From: an uncultured Alphaproteobacteria bacterium
GTDB lineage: Bacteria > Pseudomonadota > Alphaproteobacteria > Sphingomonadales > Sphingomonadaceae
Length of the DNA: 64,000 nt
Assembly (NCBI GenBank): GCA_963783195.1
Contig: CAWAMV010000001.1
Span: 642-64,641 of the forward strand
Direction: 5' to 3'
The notes under the pieces were generated by a model. It had not been told where the DNA came from and made no database searches. It was given only the letters and a program-made list of their open reading frames with translations. Position 1 is the first letter of the stretch, and every line of letters starts with the position of its first letter. Shown one piece after another: positions 33,054-42,756 of the stretch. The position numbers were made by a program, and so were the translations under genes.

Positions 33054-33371
33054 TCAAAAACGGCGAAGCTGATCCTTGAACGTAAATCGCAACTGGCCGT
33101 TCGACGTTTCGACGTCATCGATGGAATAGATACCGACATAGCTTTTCCTGCGCCGCTTTCCGCTCGCGTCGGGAGGATGGCTCGTGGTTAGGATCGCTTT
33201 CTTGCCACGCTTCAATGCTTCGATGAACGCGTCCCACTTTGACCGACCGTCGAAGCCCGGATCGACGTATTGCGGCCAGCTTCCCTTAGTCCAGTGTTGA
33301 TGCACGCAAGGAAGCTTCTCGCCATTCCACTCCGCAAACCACGAACCCGGATGCCCTTTTGGCTTTCGCAT
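33054..33371 (-). CDS. Hypothetical basic protein (105 aa)
   Basis: Part of ORF 33054-33515; I prefer the internal ATG (rc 33369-33371), giving MRKPKGHPGSWFAEWNGEKLPCVHQHW... It ends 23 nt upstream of the next gene on the same strand. I recognise no family. Confidence 0.45.
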   Translation of the reverse strand: MRKPKGHPGSWFAEWNGEKLPCVHQHWTKGSWPQYVDPGFDGRSKWDAFIEALKRGKKAILTTSHPPDASGKRRRKSYVGIYSIDDVETSNGQLRFTFKDQLRRF

Positions 33372-33641
33372 TCGTATCGCCCCTCTGTTGCCGCTACGCG
33401 CGGCCAGACTTGTAAAGCATCGCTGGTTAAGGATTCGGCGGACGACTATGCTGCTGGGTTCGGATGCAATCCTAACGTGCCAAACGCCACTGCCACCTGT
33501 GGCTTCATTCGCCACTGCTCTTCAGGCGACCAATCCGCCAAAATGCCTGAGTAGAAATCGGCACCTCGTGTTTCAGATTTAAGGGCAGGCCAGAGGTAGA
33601 CGGCTCGATTGAAGCACATCGTGCCGAAATGCATGTGCCAC

Positions 33642-34458
33642 GGCACTGTCAGAAGAATTGCACCGCTAGCAAAATGAGGGAAGCGGGGTAGGGGAGGGCT
33701 ATGCCTCGCCCACGCAAACCAGCCAGCCCGTTTCGGTACATTCACTCCTCGCCCGAGGTGATCCGCCTCGTGGTGATGATGTATGTCCGGTTCCCGCTGT
33801 CGTTGCGGAACGTCGAGGACCTGCTGTCCGAGCGCGGCATCGACATCTGCCATGAGACCGTGCGCCACTGGTGGAACAGGTTCGGTCCGATGTTCGCCGC
33901 CGACATACGCCGGCAGCGGGTGAACCGGATGCGCGGTTTTCGCCAGTGGCGCTGGCACCTCGACGAGATGTACGTCCGGCTGAACGGCGAGATGGTTTAC
34001 CTCTGGCGCGCCGTCGACCAGGAGGGCGAGATCCTCGAGAGCTACGTCACGAAGACCAGGGACAAGGCTGCTGCCTTGCGCTTCATGAAGAAGGCGCTGA
34101 AGCGTCATGGCTCACCTGAGACGATCACCACCGACGGTCTGCGCTCCTACAAGGCCGCGATGACGCGAGCTCGGCTGCGAGGCAAAGCAGGAGACCGGCC
34201 GCTGGGCCAACAACCGGGTGGAGAACAGTCACCTGCCGTTCCGACGACGAGAACGGGCGATGCTGCGCTTCAGGCAGATGAAGTCGCTACAGAAGTTCGC
34301 ATCGGTTCACGCCAACGTCCACAATCTCTTCAACTCAGAACGCCAGCTCGTCGACAGACAGACATACAAAGCCCGCCGCTCGGCCGCCCTGGCCGAGTGG
34401 CAGAACCTCATGGCCTGAAGCTTGCCGGGGAAGGGGAGGGCTGTGTCAGCCGGAGAGC
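33642..34458 (+). mobile_element. IS6-family element (subtype A, variant left end), right tip replaced by next copy
   Basis: Left repeat GGCACTGTCAGAAGAATTGCACCGCTAGC. The right end stops at ..GTCAGCCGGAGAGCGG, where the left repeat of the next copy begins, so the last ~22 bp are missing. Confidence 0.85.
33701..34418 (+). pseudogene. IS6-family transposase, one frameshift near 34155-34165
   Basis: ORF 33701-34486 reads MPRPRKPASPFRYIHSSPEVIRLVVMMYVRF...SYKAAMT. It continues in frame 34218-34418 as ENSHLPFRRRERAMLRFRQMKSLQKF...AEWQNLMA. Confidence 0.85.
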
Positions 34459-35306
34459 GGCACTGTCAGAAGGATTGCACCGCTAGCAAAATGAACCGAG
34501 CGGGTGCTAGGCGGCGGGGGATGAGCCGCAAGTCCCGAGCCAAGCCGCCTAGCCCTTTTCGATACTTTCACTCCTCGCCCGAAGTGATCCGGCTGGTGGT
34601 GATGATGTATGTCAGGTTCCCGCTGTCGCTGCGCAACGTCGAGGACCTGCTGTCGGAGCGCGGCATCGATATCTGCCACGAGACGGTGCGGCACTGGTGG
34701 AACAGGTTCGGTCCATGTTTGCCGCCGACATCCGCCGGCAGCGGACGAGCCGCATGCGAGGCTTTCGCCAATGGAGATGGCATCTCGACGAGGTCTACGT
34801 GAAGATCAACGGCGAGATGCATTACCTGTGGCGAGCGGTCGACCAGGAGGGCGAGATCCTCGAGAGCTTCGTCACGAAGACAAGGGACAAGGCAGCAGCG
34901 CTCACCTTCATGAAGAAGGCGCTGAAGCGCCACGGCTCACCCGAGACGATCACCACCGATGGTCTGCGCTCGTACAAGGCAGCGATGAGCGAGCTCGGCT
35001 GCGAGGCAAAGCAGGAGATCGGCCGCTGGGCCAACAACCGGGTGGAGAACAGTCACCTGCCGTTCCGACGACGAGAACGAGCGATGCTGCGCTTCCGGCA
35101 GATGAAGTCGCTACAGAAGTTCGCCTCGGTTCACGCCAACGTCCACAACCACTTCAACTCAGAACGCCACCTCATCGACAGACAGACATACAAAGCCCGC
35201 CGCTCGGCCGCCCTGGCCGAGTGGCAGAACCTCATGGCCTGAAGCTTGCCGGGGAAGGGGAGGGCTGTGTCAGCCGGAGAGCGGTTCGCATCGGACTGAC
35301 AGCACC
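34459..35306 (+). mobile_element. IS6-family element (subtype A), full length, in tandem with previous copy
   Basis: Left repeat GGCACTGTCAGAAGGATTGCACC at 34459. The right end is ..GGTTCGCATCGGACTGACAGCACC at 35306. Confidence 0.85.
34521..35242 (+). pseudogene. IS6-family transposase, one frameshift near 34712-34720
   Basis: The N-terminal MSRKSRAKPPSPFRYFHSS...WWNRFGP lies in the frame of ORF 34422-34802. The remainder, MFAADIRRQR...AEWQNLMA, lies in ORF 34697-35242. Confidence 0.85.
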
Positions 35307-35430
35307 GTCTGTTTTGGTCTACTTGCGGCCAAAAGCAGCCAGTCCGCTAGCGGCCCAGTTTAAGCCAGCGCCGATCGACCGGGATTATAAGCGCGCGGCT
35401 GAATGCCACGCAGGAACCGCGAGGCGAAGT

Positions 35431-35908
35431 TCAGCTCTTTTTAGCGGCGCAATTCAGCCAGGGCGACGAGCCGACAATACGCGCCTCGCTGTAGGTTAGA
35501 CGTTCGCCTGGCCCGAGATTTTCCTCGAAAGCGATCCGGCCTACGATTTCATCTGCGTTGACATACATCAGGACATGACCCGGCTCATTCTCGTCGATGG
35601 GAAACGGGAATAATGCCAATGAGATGCCCGAATAATCAGGCCCGAAAAACGACAGAGCATGCTCGAACGAGGCCGGATGTAGTGTCTCGCCATCCACGCG
35701 GAAATAAGAAGCCCTCTTCGTCAATTTTCAAAGAAAGCGGTCCGTCACATTTACCCCTGGGCGCATATTCGCCGTAGATGCCTGCGAGAGCCGGATCGCG
35801 CAGGTCGTGCAGCGTTACTGCCCCAGCGTCGGTTGCAAAGCACAGCGCCGACAGCGCGAGAATGCACAACGCTTCAGGTCCCCGTCGTCGCCTTGGAATG
35901 CTGCCCAT
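35431..35908 (-). pseudogene. Hypothetical exported protein, apparent frameshift near 35700
   Basis: MGSIPRRRRGPEALCILALSALCFATDAGA (signal-like) ..KIDEEGFLF in ORF 35636-35956 continues as RVDGETLHPASFEHALSFF.. in ORF 35431-35724. No family is recognised. Confidence 0.35.
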
Positions 35909-36039
35909 TGCGAATCTCACCGCATCGTCGCCAACGCACACAGTCTGCGCTTGCACTCCGGAACGCGCAATAGCGTCTAAGTTGCAGACGCGAAGCGATT
36001 GGCTTTTACCGGGTCGTTAGTGGAATGGCGGCTTCCGGG

Positions 36040-37440
36040 TCGCGCTGGCCAAAAGCAGATGGGGTGGATGGCTCCCGCTCCCGGCATCTGAGGTGCCAAA
36101 GTGTGGAAGCTGTCAAAGCGTCCACGAGCAAAGGGAGCCACCCACGATGGAGATTAGCACGATCGGCCTCGATCTGGCCAAGAGCATTTTTCAGGTTCAC
36201 GCGGTCGATGCGTCAGGCGAGGTCGTTGTTCGCAAGGCGCTGCGGCGAGCGCAGGTGCTGCCGTTCTTTGCAAAGCTGCCGCCGTGCCTAATCGGCATGG
36301 AAGCGTGCGGCACGTCGCATCACTGGGCGCGCGAGCTGACGAAGCTCGGGCATGAGGTTCGGCTGATGCCGCCGGCTTACGTAAAGCCATATGTGAAGCG
36401 CGGGAAGACCGATGCTGCCGATGCCGAAGCGATCTGCGAGGCGGTGACGCGTCCGAGCATGCGGTTCGTGCCGGTGAAGTCGGCCGAGCAGCAGGCAGCG
36501 CTGGCGCTGCACCGTACGCGCGATCTGCTGGTCAAGCAGCGCACCCAGCTGGTGAACATGGTGCGCGGGCTGCTGGCCGAGTTCGGGATCGAGATGGCGC
36601 GCGGGCTGCACCGTGCGCTGTCCTTGGCGGAACGGCTGTCGGCCGGCGACGCGCCCGAGGTGCCGGCACTTGCCCAGCGGGTGGTGAAGAGCCTGGCCGA
36701 TCAGATCGGCGCACTGCAGGTCCAGCTGGCTGCTCTCGAGAAGGAGCTGCTCGCGTGGCACCGGTCGAGCGAGCTGTCGCAGCGCCTGGCGACGATCCCC
36801 GGCGTGGGCGTGATATCGGCGACTGCGCTTGCCGCTTCGGTGACCGAGCCCGAGCGCTTCCGCTCAGGTCGCCAGTTCGCAGCCTCGCTCGGGCTCACAC
36901 CGCTGCAGAACTGCTCGCGGAGGCAAGGAGCGGATGGGCCGGATCTCGCGCATGGGAGACCGCTATCTGCGCCGGCTGCTGGTGGTCGGCATGACCTCGC
37001 TTGTCCGGCGCGCGAGAGACGAAGCCGGAGACGGTCGATCCACGCCTGTCGCCGATGCTCGAGCGCAAGCCGGCGCGCGTCGTCACGGTCGCCGCCGCGA
37101 ACCGCACCGCGCGCGTAGCCTGGGCGATCATGACTCGCGGCGGCACCTATCAGGCGCCATTCGCCGCACGCAGCGTAGGAGGAGACGAGCTTCACGAGGT
37201 TGCGAGGACGATGAGAGATGATGGCGCACCGGTCAGACCGGGAGCCGGGACACCCCGCTGAATGTCCAAGGCATCATAGCCTGCAAAGCAGAGTGGGACC
37301 CAGCTCGCGGATACCATCAGGGCCAGCGGTCAATATTGCGACCGCATAAACAGGCCGGACAGAAGACTGCACCCGACCAACGCCAAAACCCTCAAATCAC
37401 CCCTTGCAACGCGGGAGCCATCCACAGAGGACTGTCTCCA
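36040..37440 (+). mobile_element. IS110-family (IS1111-like) element, boundaries approximate
   Basis: A perfect 15-bp sub-terminal inverted repeat, GTGGATGGCTCCCGC (36064-36078) and GCGGGAGCCATCCAC (37411-37425), flanks a DEDD-type transposase gene. Confidence 0.75.
36147..37261 (+). pseudogene. IS110-family transposase, two frameshifts in the C-terminal third
   Basis: MEISTIGLDLAKSIFQVHAVDASGEVVVRKALRRAQVLPFF..CLIGMEACGTSHHWAREL is typical of IS110-family transposases. The tail is split: LGLTPLQN, then GRISRMGDRYLRRLLVVGMTSLVRRA (36934 frame), then ERKPARVVTVAAANRTARVAWAIMTRGGTYQ (37001 frame). Confidence 0.8.
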
Positions 37441-37506
37441 ATCGGCCCACTAGCCGCCAACCTGCTGAGCGCCCACGTCGGTCGTTCTGAACAAAGTCGG
37501 CTGCTC

Positions 37507-38332
37507 GGCACTGTCAGAAGAACGGGGCAGGTGCTAGCGGCGGTGGATGAGCCGCAAGTCCCGAGCCAAGCCGCCTAGCCCTTTCGATACTTCAACTCCT
37601 CGCCCGAGGTGATCCGGCTCGTGGTGATGCTGTACGTCAGGTTCCCGCTGTCGCTTCGCAACGTCGAGGACCTGCTGTCGGAGCGCGGCATAGATGTCTG
37701 CCACGAGACGGTGCGGCACTGGTGGAACCGCTTCGGTCCGATGTTCGCAGCCGACATCCGCCGGCAGCGGACGAGCCGGATGCGAGGCTTTCGCCAGTGG
37801 CGCTGGCATCTCGACGAGATGTACGTGAAGCTGAACGGCGAGATGGTGTACCTCTGGCGAGCCGTCGACCAGGAGGGCGAGATCCTCGAAAGCTTCGTCA
37901 CGAAGACGAGGGACAAGGCAGCAGCGCTCACCTTCATGAAGAAGGCGCTGAAGCGCCACGGCTCACCCGAGGCGATCACCACCGACGGTCTGCGCTCGTA
38001 CAAGGCAGCGATGAGCGAGCTCGGCTGCGAGGCAAAGCAGGAGATCGGCCGCTGGGCCAACAACAGGGTCGAGAACAGTCACCTGCCGTTCCGACGACGA
38101 GAACGGGCGATGCTGCGCTTCAGGCAGATGAAGTCGCTACAGAAGTTCGCCTCGGTTCACGCCAACGTCCACAATCTCTTCAACTCAGAACGCCACCTGA
38201 TCGACAGACAAACATACAAAGCCCGCCGCTCGGCCGCCCTGGCCGAGTGGCAGACCCTCATGGCCTGAAGCCTGCCGGGGAAGGGGAGGGCTGTGTCAGC
38301 CGGAGAGCGGTTCGCATTGGACTGACAGCACC
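37507..38332 (+). mobile_element. IS6-family element (subtype A), full length (826 bp)
   Basis: Left repeat GGCACTGTCAGAAGAACGGGGCAGGTGCTAGC at 37507. The right end is ..GGTTCGCATTGGACTGACAGCACC at 38332. Confidence 0.9.
37547..38268 (+). pseudogene. IS6-family transposase, 1-nt deletion in codon ~13
   Basis: ATG 37547 reads MSRKSRAKPPSPF and then goes out of frame (CCCTTTCGA here, against CCCTTTTCGA in other copies). The rest is ORF 37609-38268, intact to ..AEWQTLMA. Confidence 0.85.
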
Positions 38333-38338
38333 AATTTA

Positions 38339-38372
38339 ACCCTTGCAGCGCAGGGGCCATCCACAGATGACA
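38339..38372 (+). repeat. IS1111-like right-end relic (CCCTTGCAGCGCAGGGGCCATCCACAGATGACACCTC)
   Basis: Matches the right end of the element at 37401-37440. It directly follows the IS6 right end. Confidence 0.6.
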
Positions 38373-38403
38373 CCTCGGAAGCGAGCCGCCCTAAATGCGA
38401 AGG

Positions 38404-40293
38404 TCAGGAGGGGAACCTGATCCTTCTTAGAAGCTTCGCATAGCGAGGATCTTTGCGCAGCGGATCAATGTAAGGCTCAGTCATGATACCGCCGAGGTCC
38501 GAAAGCCGTATTTCCCACGCTCGATTTAAGGCCTGGAATGCGCGGTCCTTCTCGCTCAATTGCGCGTATAACAGACCGATTTCATAGCTGGCCATTTCAC
38601 TCCCTCGCTCGCGCAAAACATCAATCATCGTGAGAGCAGGCTCACGATTGTTGGTCCTTGCAGCTAGTACAGCTTCGTGGAAGTTGCGCGCGTCCTGATC
38701 GGGAATCTCTGCGAAGGCCAGTGCCGCCTCCTCCATTCGTGCGAGCATCACAAGCGAACGTCCGAGCAACTGCGGAAATCTGAACAGCTCGGGAGATTTG
38801 CGCTTCAATTCCAGTGAATAGTTGGCTGCATCCCGGTACCGCCGCAAATTGATCAATACCTCAACGTGGGCAAAGTGAGAGACCCAGTTGAATGGATCGA
38901 GCGCGAGCGCTTCGTCTACGTACCTGAGTGCGCCCTTCTGCTTGCTGACCACCTTGCTGGCGGTCCATCCGTAATTGCGGATCACATCGGGATCGCCGCT
39001 GGCGAGGGATAGTGCAGTTGCATGTTCCCGAAGCGAGTCTCCAAGCCGCAAACTAAGTGAATACGCAAAACCGAGCGCTGAGCGCGCGATGGGCAACTTC
39101 GGCGCGATTGAAAGAGCCGCTCTTGCATATTGCAGTGCTTGGTTCCGCCCGCTTGCTAACTCGTTGGGGTTGCGCGCCGTTCTGGACACCAACTGGTTAA
39201 ATGCAAAAGACTTGATGGCGAACGCTCGAGCATAGTTCGGGTCGAGCGAGATTGCCTTGTCAACCAATTGCAGAGTGCGGTTCAGCGCAGAAACCGTGAG
39301 TTCATAGCTAAGCTCCCGAGCTTGGAAGACGAGCGTCTGTGCACCGACATTGCTAGTTTCCCCCGCGGCTAGCGGGACGTTGGCGGACGCGCCGAGCGCG
39401 GTGGTGAGCGAACGCGCGACGTTCTTCGCGATATCCGTCTGGATCCCGATGATATCGCCTGGGGCTCGGTCATAGTTCTGCGACCACGTCGCGAGACCTG
39501 TGTTGCCGTCGATTAGCTCGGCATTCACACGGACGGTTGACGATGTCTGGCGCAAATTTCCGGTTACGATGTTGGCCACTCCGAGCTTCTTTGCTGCCGT
39601 TCGCGCGTCCTCATTGCGAACAGCCGCAGACGACGTGCTGCCGACAACTCTCAAACCGGAGTATCGAGTAAGGGTATTTCTGATTTCCCCGGCGATGCTG
39701 TCGGCGAAATAGGCTTGCGCTGGATCGCCGCTGAGGTTCTCGAATGGAAGCACGGCGATGCTGTCGGGTGCATCGGCCGAGTTGCCTTTCAGGAGGGCCC
39801 ATCCTCCCGCTCCGAGTGCGGCAACAACCGCTCCTCCGACGAGCACACTTCGACGTCCTGATAGCTGGCCGCTGCCGCTTGGAGCGAAAAGATGCGGCCC
39901 GACATCGGCAGTGGCTCCAACAACGTCCCCGGTCAGCCGGTAGCCAATCTTCGTCACCGTTTCGACGACGAAGGAGCCGACGCCGATACCTGCGGCCGTC
40001 TTGCGCAATCGCGAGATGACGCGATTGATCGCATCGTCGCCCACCACCCGGCCTTCCCAACAGGAAAGAATCAGCTCGTCGCGTGTGACGATTGCGCACT
40101 GAGCTTTTGCCAGTGCAATCAGCACCTGCATCACCCGGTGCTCCAGTACCTCCGCAAGACCGTCGTCGCGCAGCAGCGCTCGACGAGAGGGATGAATACT
40201 TAAACGCCCGATGACGAAGTCGGGCTGATGCGCGAGAACTATTCGTTCGAAGTCCATCGATGCGCCGCCTTCATAGAAAGCTTCACAAAGCAT
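38404..40293 (-). CDS. Membrane-anchored transcriptional regulator: OmpR/CadC-type winged helix, one TM segment, periplasmic TPR-like region
   Basis: 629-aa ORF. The wHTH is LEHRVMQVLIALAKAQCAIVTRDELILSCWEGRVVGDDAINRVISRLRK..ETVTKIGYRL and the TM segment is RRSVLVGGAVVAALGAGGWALL. An IAVLPFENLSGDP module and helical repeats follow. Confidence 0.75.
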   Translation of the reverse strand: MLCEAFYEGGASMDFERIVLAHQPDFVIGRLSIHPSRRALLRDDGLAEVLEHRVMQVLIALAKAQCAIVTRDELILSCWEGRVVGDDAINRVISRLRKTAAGIGVGSFVVETVTKIGYRLTGDVVGATADVGPHLFAPSGSGQLSGRRSVLVGGAVVAALGAGGWALLKGNSADAPDSIAVLPFENLSGDPAQAYFADSIAGEIRNTLTRYSGLRVVGSTSSAAVRNEDARTAAKKLGVANIVTGNLRQTSSTVRVNAELIDGNTGLATWSQNYDRAPGDIIGIQTDIAKNVARSLTTALGASANVPLAAGETSNVGAQTLVFQARELSYELTVSALNRTLQLVDKAISLDPNYARAFAIKSFAFNQLVSRTARNPNELASGRNQALQYARAALSIAPKLPIARSALGFAYSLSLRLGDSLREHATALSLASGDPDVIRNYGWTASKVVSKQKGALRYVDEALALDPFNWVSHFAHVEVLINLRRYRDAANYSLELKRKSPELFRFPQLLGRSLVMLARMEEAALAFAEIPDQDARNFHEAVLAARTNNREPALTMIDVLRERGSEMASYEIGLLYAQLSEKDRAFQALNRAWEIRLSDLGGIMTEPYIDPLRKDPRYAKLLRRIRFPS

Positions 40294-40592
40294 ACGCCAT
40301 GCATTTTCAAACGTCGAGCGGGAAGGTTAAATCAGTTGAGAGTGACTACAGACTATCGGGCAATGGCGCGTGAGCTGCTTGCTCGACGTAATGATGACGC
40401 CCAAGCCTCCTTGGGATGCTACTTCCTCCACATGGCGAGTGCTCCTGCGCCGCGATCCCCTCGGCAAGTGTCATTCAATCGGTAAGGTCGCGCGATCTGA
40501 TGAGCCGCATCACCGCCTCCAGATGCGACGGGGATGCGGCCACCCGTGGTTAAGATCGCTCAGAGGCAACGCCTCCTTGGCTTCCGGGTTGA

Positions 40593-41081
40593 TCAGAAGC
40601 CGCTGACGACGGCTAGAGATATCACGGGGTTCGCCTCTCCCTTGCGTGCCCAGTAAGCGTTTTTCTGATCCATTCGGGTCTTCACCACCTCCTTCATGTC
40701 CTTCAATTCTTCTGGACTGTCGGCTACTATGATCGCGGCTTCGTAGATCTGACCCGCCTTTGATCCCACAGGCATCGTGGGGATTCGAAGATGATGAACT
40801 GCCACTCTGCCAACGCGATTAAGCTGCGGGTCACCACCTTCCATCAATTCGACATCCTGTGTTCTACCGTCCTCTCGTCGCGTGAAGCGGACGTAAGTCA
40901 CGCCCGGCTGAGCTCGCGAGGTATCGATCCGGCTCAGTCTTCGGTCGAGTTCTTGGTTCACGGAGGTCACCCACTCATTGAGCTCTGGATTTGCCGTGAC
41001 CACTACCTGTCCGGGCTCGGCTGCTACGGGCATGGCTCCGATGAGACATGTAGATGCGGTTGCGAGTATGAGTCTGTTCAT
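40593..41081 (-). CDS. Secreted TonB C-terminal-like domain protein (paralog 1)
   Basis: Part of ORF 40593-41135; ATG (rc 41079-41081) follows AGAGGA. The signal peptide is MNRLILATASTCLIGAMPVAA. The core WVTSVNQELDRRL..GVTYVRFTRREDGRTQDVELMEGGDPQLNRVGRVAV resembles TonB_C. It is paralogous to 42271-42756. Confidence 0.55.
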   Translation of the reverse strand: MNRLILATASTCLIGAMPVAAEPGQVVVTANPELNEWVTSVNQELDRRLSRIDTSRAQPGVTYVRFTRREDGRTQDVELMEGGDPQLNRVGRVAVHHLRIPTMPVGSKAGQIYEAAIIVADSPEELKDMKEVVKTRMDQKNAYWARKGEANPVISLAVVSGF

Positions 41082-41242
41082 GATGGTTCCTCTTTTCAGT
41101 GCTGACCATCGGCCTTGGGAAGGTAAGTTGGTCAAACCGGCGCAGGAGTGCGTCGGATGAAAAGAATGATGCCGGACTGCTGCTAGAGATGAGAGGATGA
41201 GTAACCGATATTTGGCCGATATCGTGCCGATGCTTTGCCGAC

Positions 41243-41745
41243 GGCACTGTCAGAAGGAATGTACCGCTAGCATTATGAAGGAGCGGGGTAGGGGAGGGGG
41301 ATGGGTGTTGTCAGGCAAACGCTAACTTGTCTCGGCGTGCAGGCTTCGGTCGCATAGATAGACGGGAATGAACCCCACATCCTTCAAGGCCACCGGTTTC
41401 CGCCTGACACGATCCCCCGCGGTGTGGCTCCATTTCCGCTTCACCACGAGCCTGCGAGACGTCGAGGAGATGCTCGCCGAACGTGGGGTCGACGTCACAT
41501 ATGAGACCGTTCGATGCTGGGCTAAGAAGTTGGGTCCGGCGATTGCGGCCAACATCCGCAGGCGCCGCGGGGCGGCCGATTTCGTCTGCCATCTCGATGA
41601 GGTGATCGTGCGGATCAATGGCGTTCGCATGTTTATGTGGCGGGCGGTCGATAAGGATGGCGAGGTCCTCGACGTCCTCGTGCAGAAGCGCAGGAACATG
41701 GCTGCAGCGCTGAAACTCCTCAGGAAACTGCTTAACAACCAGGAT
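41243..41745 (+). mobile_element. Nested IS6 fragments: subtype A left end (41243-41303) followed by subtype B left part (~41303-41745)
   Basis: GGCACTGTCAGAAGGAATGTACCGCTAGC...GGGGAGGGGGATG is immediately followed by GGGTGTTGTCAGGCAAACGCTAACTT. That second repeat matches the terminal repeat of the IS at 1-540. Confidence 0.75.
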
Positions 41746-41760
41746 GGGAGGCCTCATTGA
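41368..41760 (+). pseudogene. IS6-family (subtype B) transposase, N-terminal fragment
   Basis: MNPTSFKATGFRLTRSPAVWLHFRFTTSLRDVEEMLAERGVDVTYETVRCWAKKLGP...VLVQKRRNMAAALKLLRKLL parallels the partial transposase at 1-493 and then breaks off. Confidence 0.8.
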
Positions 41761-41768
41761 GGCCTCCC
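41746..41768. terminator. Perfect 10-bp stem hairpin GGGAGGCCTC-ATT-GAGGCCTCCC
   Basis: Lies 7 bp beyond the stop (41775) of the minus-strand small ORF. It is followed on the plus strand by GAATTTTC. The U-tract is weak on both strands. Confidence 0.35.
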
Positions 41769-41774
41769 GAATTT

Positions 41775-42032
41775 TCAGTTCCCTCGGCAAGCCTGACCAG
41801 GGTGGAAACTATCCCCAGGGAAGATGAAGCCGAAGATGTTCCAGAAAGTGTGAAAGTTCTGGACAAAGCCCATGAGATCCCACGGAGTATCGTTCCTACC
41901 CGAGTAGGCACACTCTGAAGATGCATGTGAAGCGCCTTGCGCTGTACCGCCGTTTCCAGTGACTTCTCCACCGAAAGCCGGGCTGCCCACCAAAAGCGCA
42001 GCAGATGCTAGTATGATCACTAATTTCTTCAT
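41775..42032 (-). CDS. Small secreted protein (85 aa), unknown family
   Basis: Part of ORF 41775-42236; ATG (rc 42030-42032) follows GAGGAG. The signal peptide is MKKLVIILASAALLVGSPAFG. The ~63-aa mature part has two Cys and an aromatic patch, FVQNFHTFWNIFGFIFPG. Local GC is low. Confidence 0.5.
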   Translation of the reverse strand: MKKLVIILASAALLVGSPAFGGEVTGNGGTAQGASHASSECAYSGRNDTPWDLMGFVQNFHTFWNIFGFIFPGDSFHPGQACRGN

Positions 42033-42270
42033 CGCACTCTCCTCATTCCATATAGGAAATTTTAGAGCGACCCTGCGACCTTCTAATCGATCAATATGGA
42101 CCAAAACGCCTGAGTCGTCACGTGAAAAGGACGACAGTTCAAATTTCGCCGCTTTCAGAAAATCAGGGGCGCAATTACTTTGACAGCGCCAGCAGGACGA
42201 CTGAAGTGAAATAAAGCCGCCCGGCCGATCAGGCACCGGCCGGGCAAATTGGACAGGATGATCCCCAGCT

Positions 42271-42756
42271 TCAGAAACCTGCGATCGCGACCGAGATCAC
42301 CGGATTGGGCAGTCCTTTGGCCGCCCACCTGGCGTTCTCCTCAGTTGCATGAGCAATCGCGTGGCTGCGCAGTTGAGCAAGCTGCTCGGGAGTTTCGCCC
42401 AGGACGATGACAGCCTCATAAACCTGGTTCCGGGGAATGTCTGCCGCAATTGGCTGAAGGCGAAGTCGGTGGACTGCCCTTCGAGCCACGCGATGTAGAT
42501 CGTTGTACCCAGCACTGCTGATCGTCTTGATGTTCACCGGCCGGCCTTCCGGACTGGTGGTGAAATGCACGACCGATATGCCCGCTCTTGCTCTCATCGT
42601 GTCCTCTCGCAAGAGGGCATTTTCGAGCGCCCGTGACGTGGTGGCAACCCACTCTTGTACGGGCGCTGGACTGACGACGATCTGAGCTTCCTCGGCAAAG
42701 CCGGCTGTGGGCGCGGCGAGACAGGCGGCAACTGCCGCAAAGACAAATATCTTCAT
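42271..42756 (-). CDS. Secreted TonB C-terminal-like domain protein (paralog 2)
   Basis: 161-aa ORF with signal peptide MKIFVFAAVAACLAAPTAGFA. It has the same architecture as 40593-41081 and the same tail: NPVISVAIAGF here, NPVISLAVVSGF there. Confidence 0.55.
   Translation of the reverse strand: MKIFVFAAVAACLAAPTAGFAEEAQIVVSPAPVQEWVATTSRALENALLREDTMRARAGISVVHFTTSPEGRPVNIKTISSAGYNDLHRVARRAVHRLRLQPIAADIPRNQVYEAVIVLGETPEQLAQLRSHAIAHATEENARWAAKGLPNPVISVAIAGF

Noticed and set aside
35325-36058. 12-nt GGCCAAAAGCAG present at both ~35325 and ~36047 as a target duplication or IS110 left-end relic
   Set aside because: Only 12 nt are shared and there is no further flanking similarity. This could be chance, and I have no way to test significance here.
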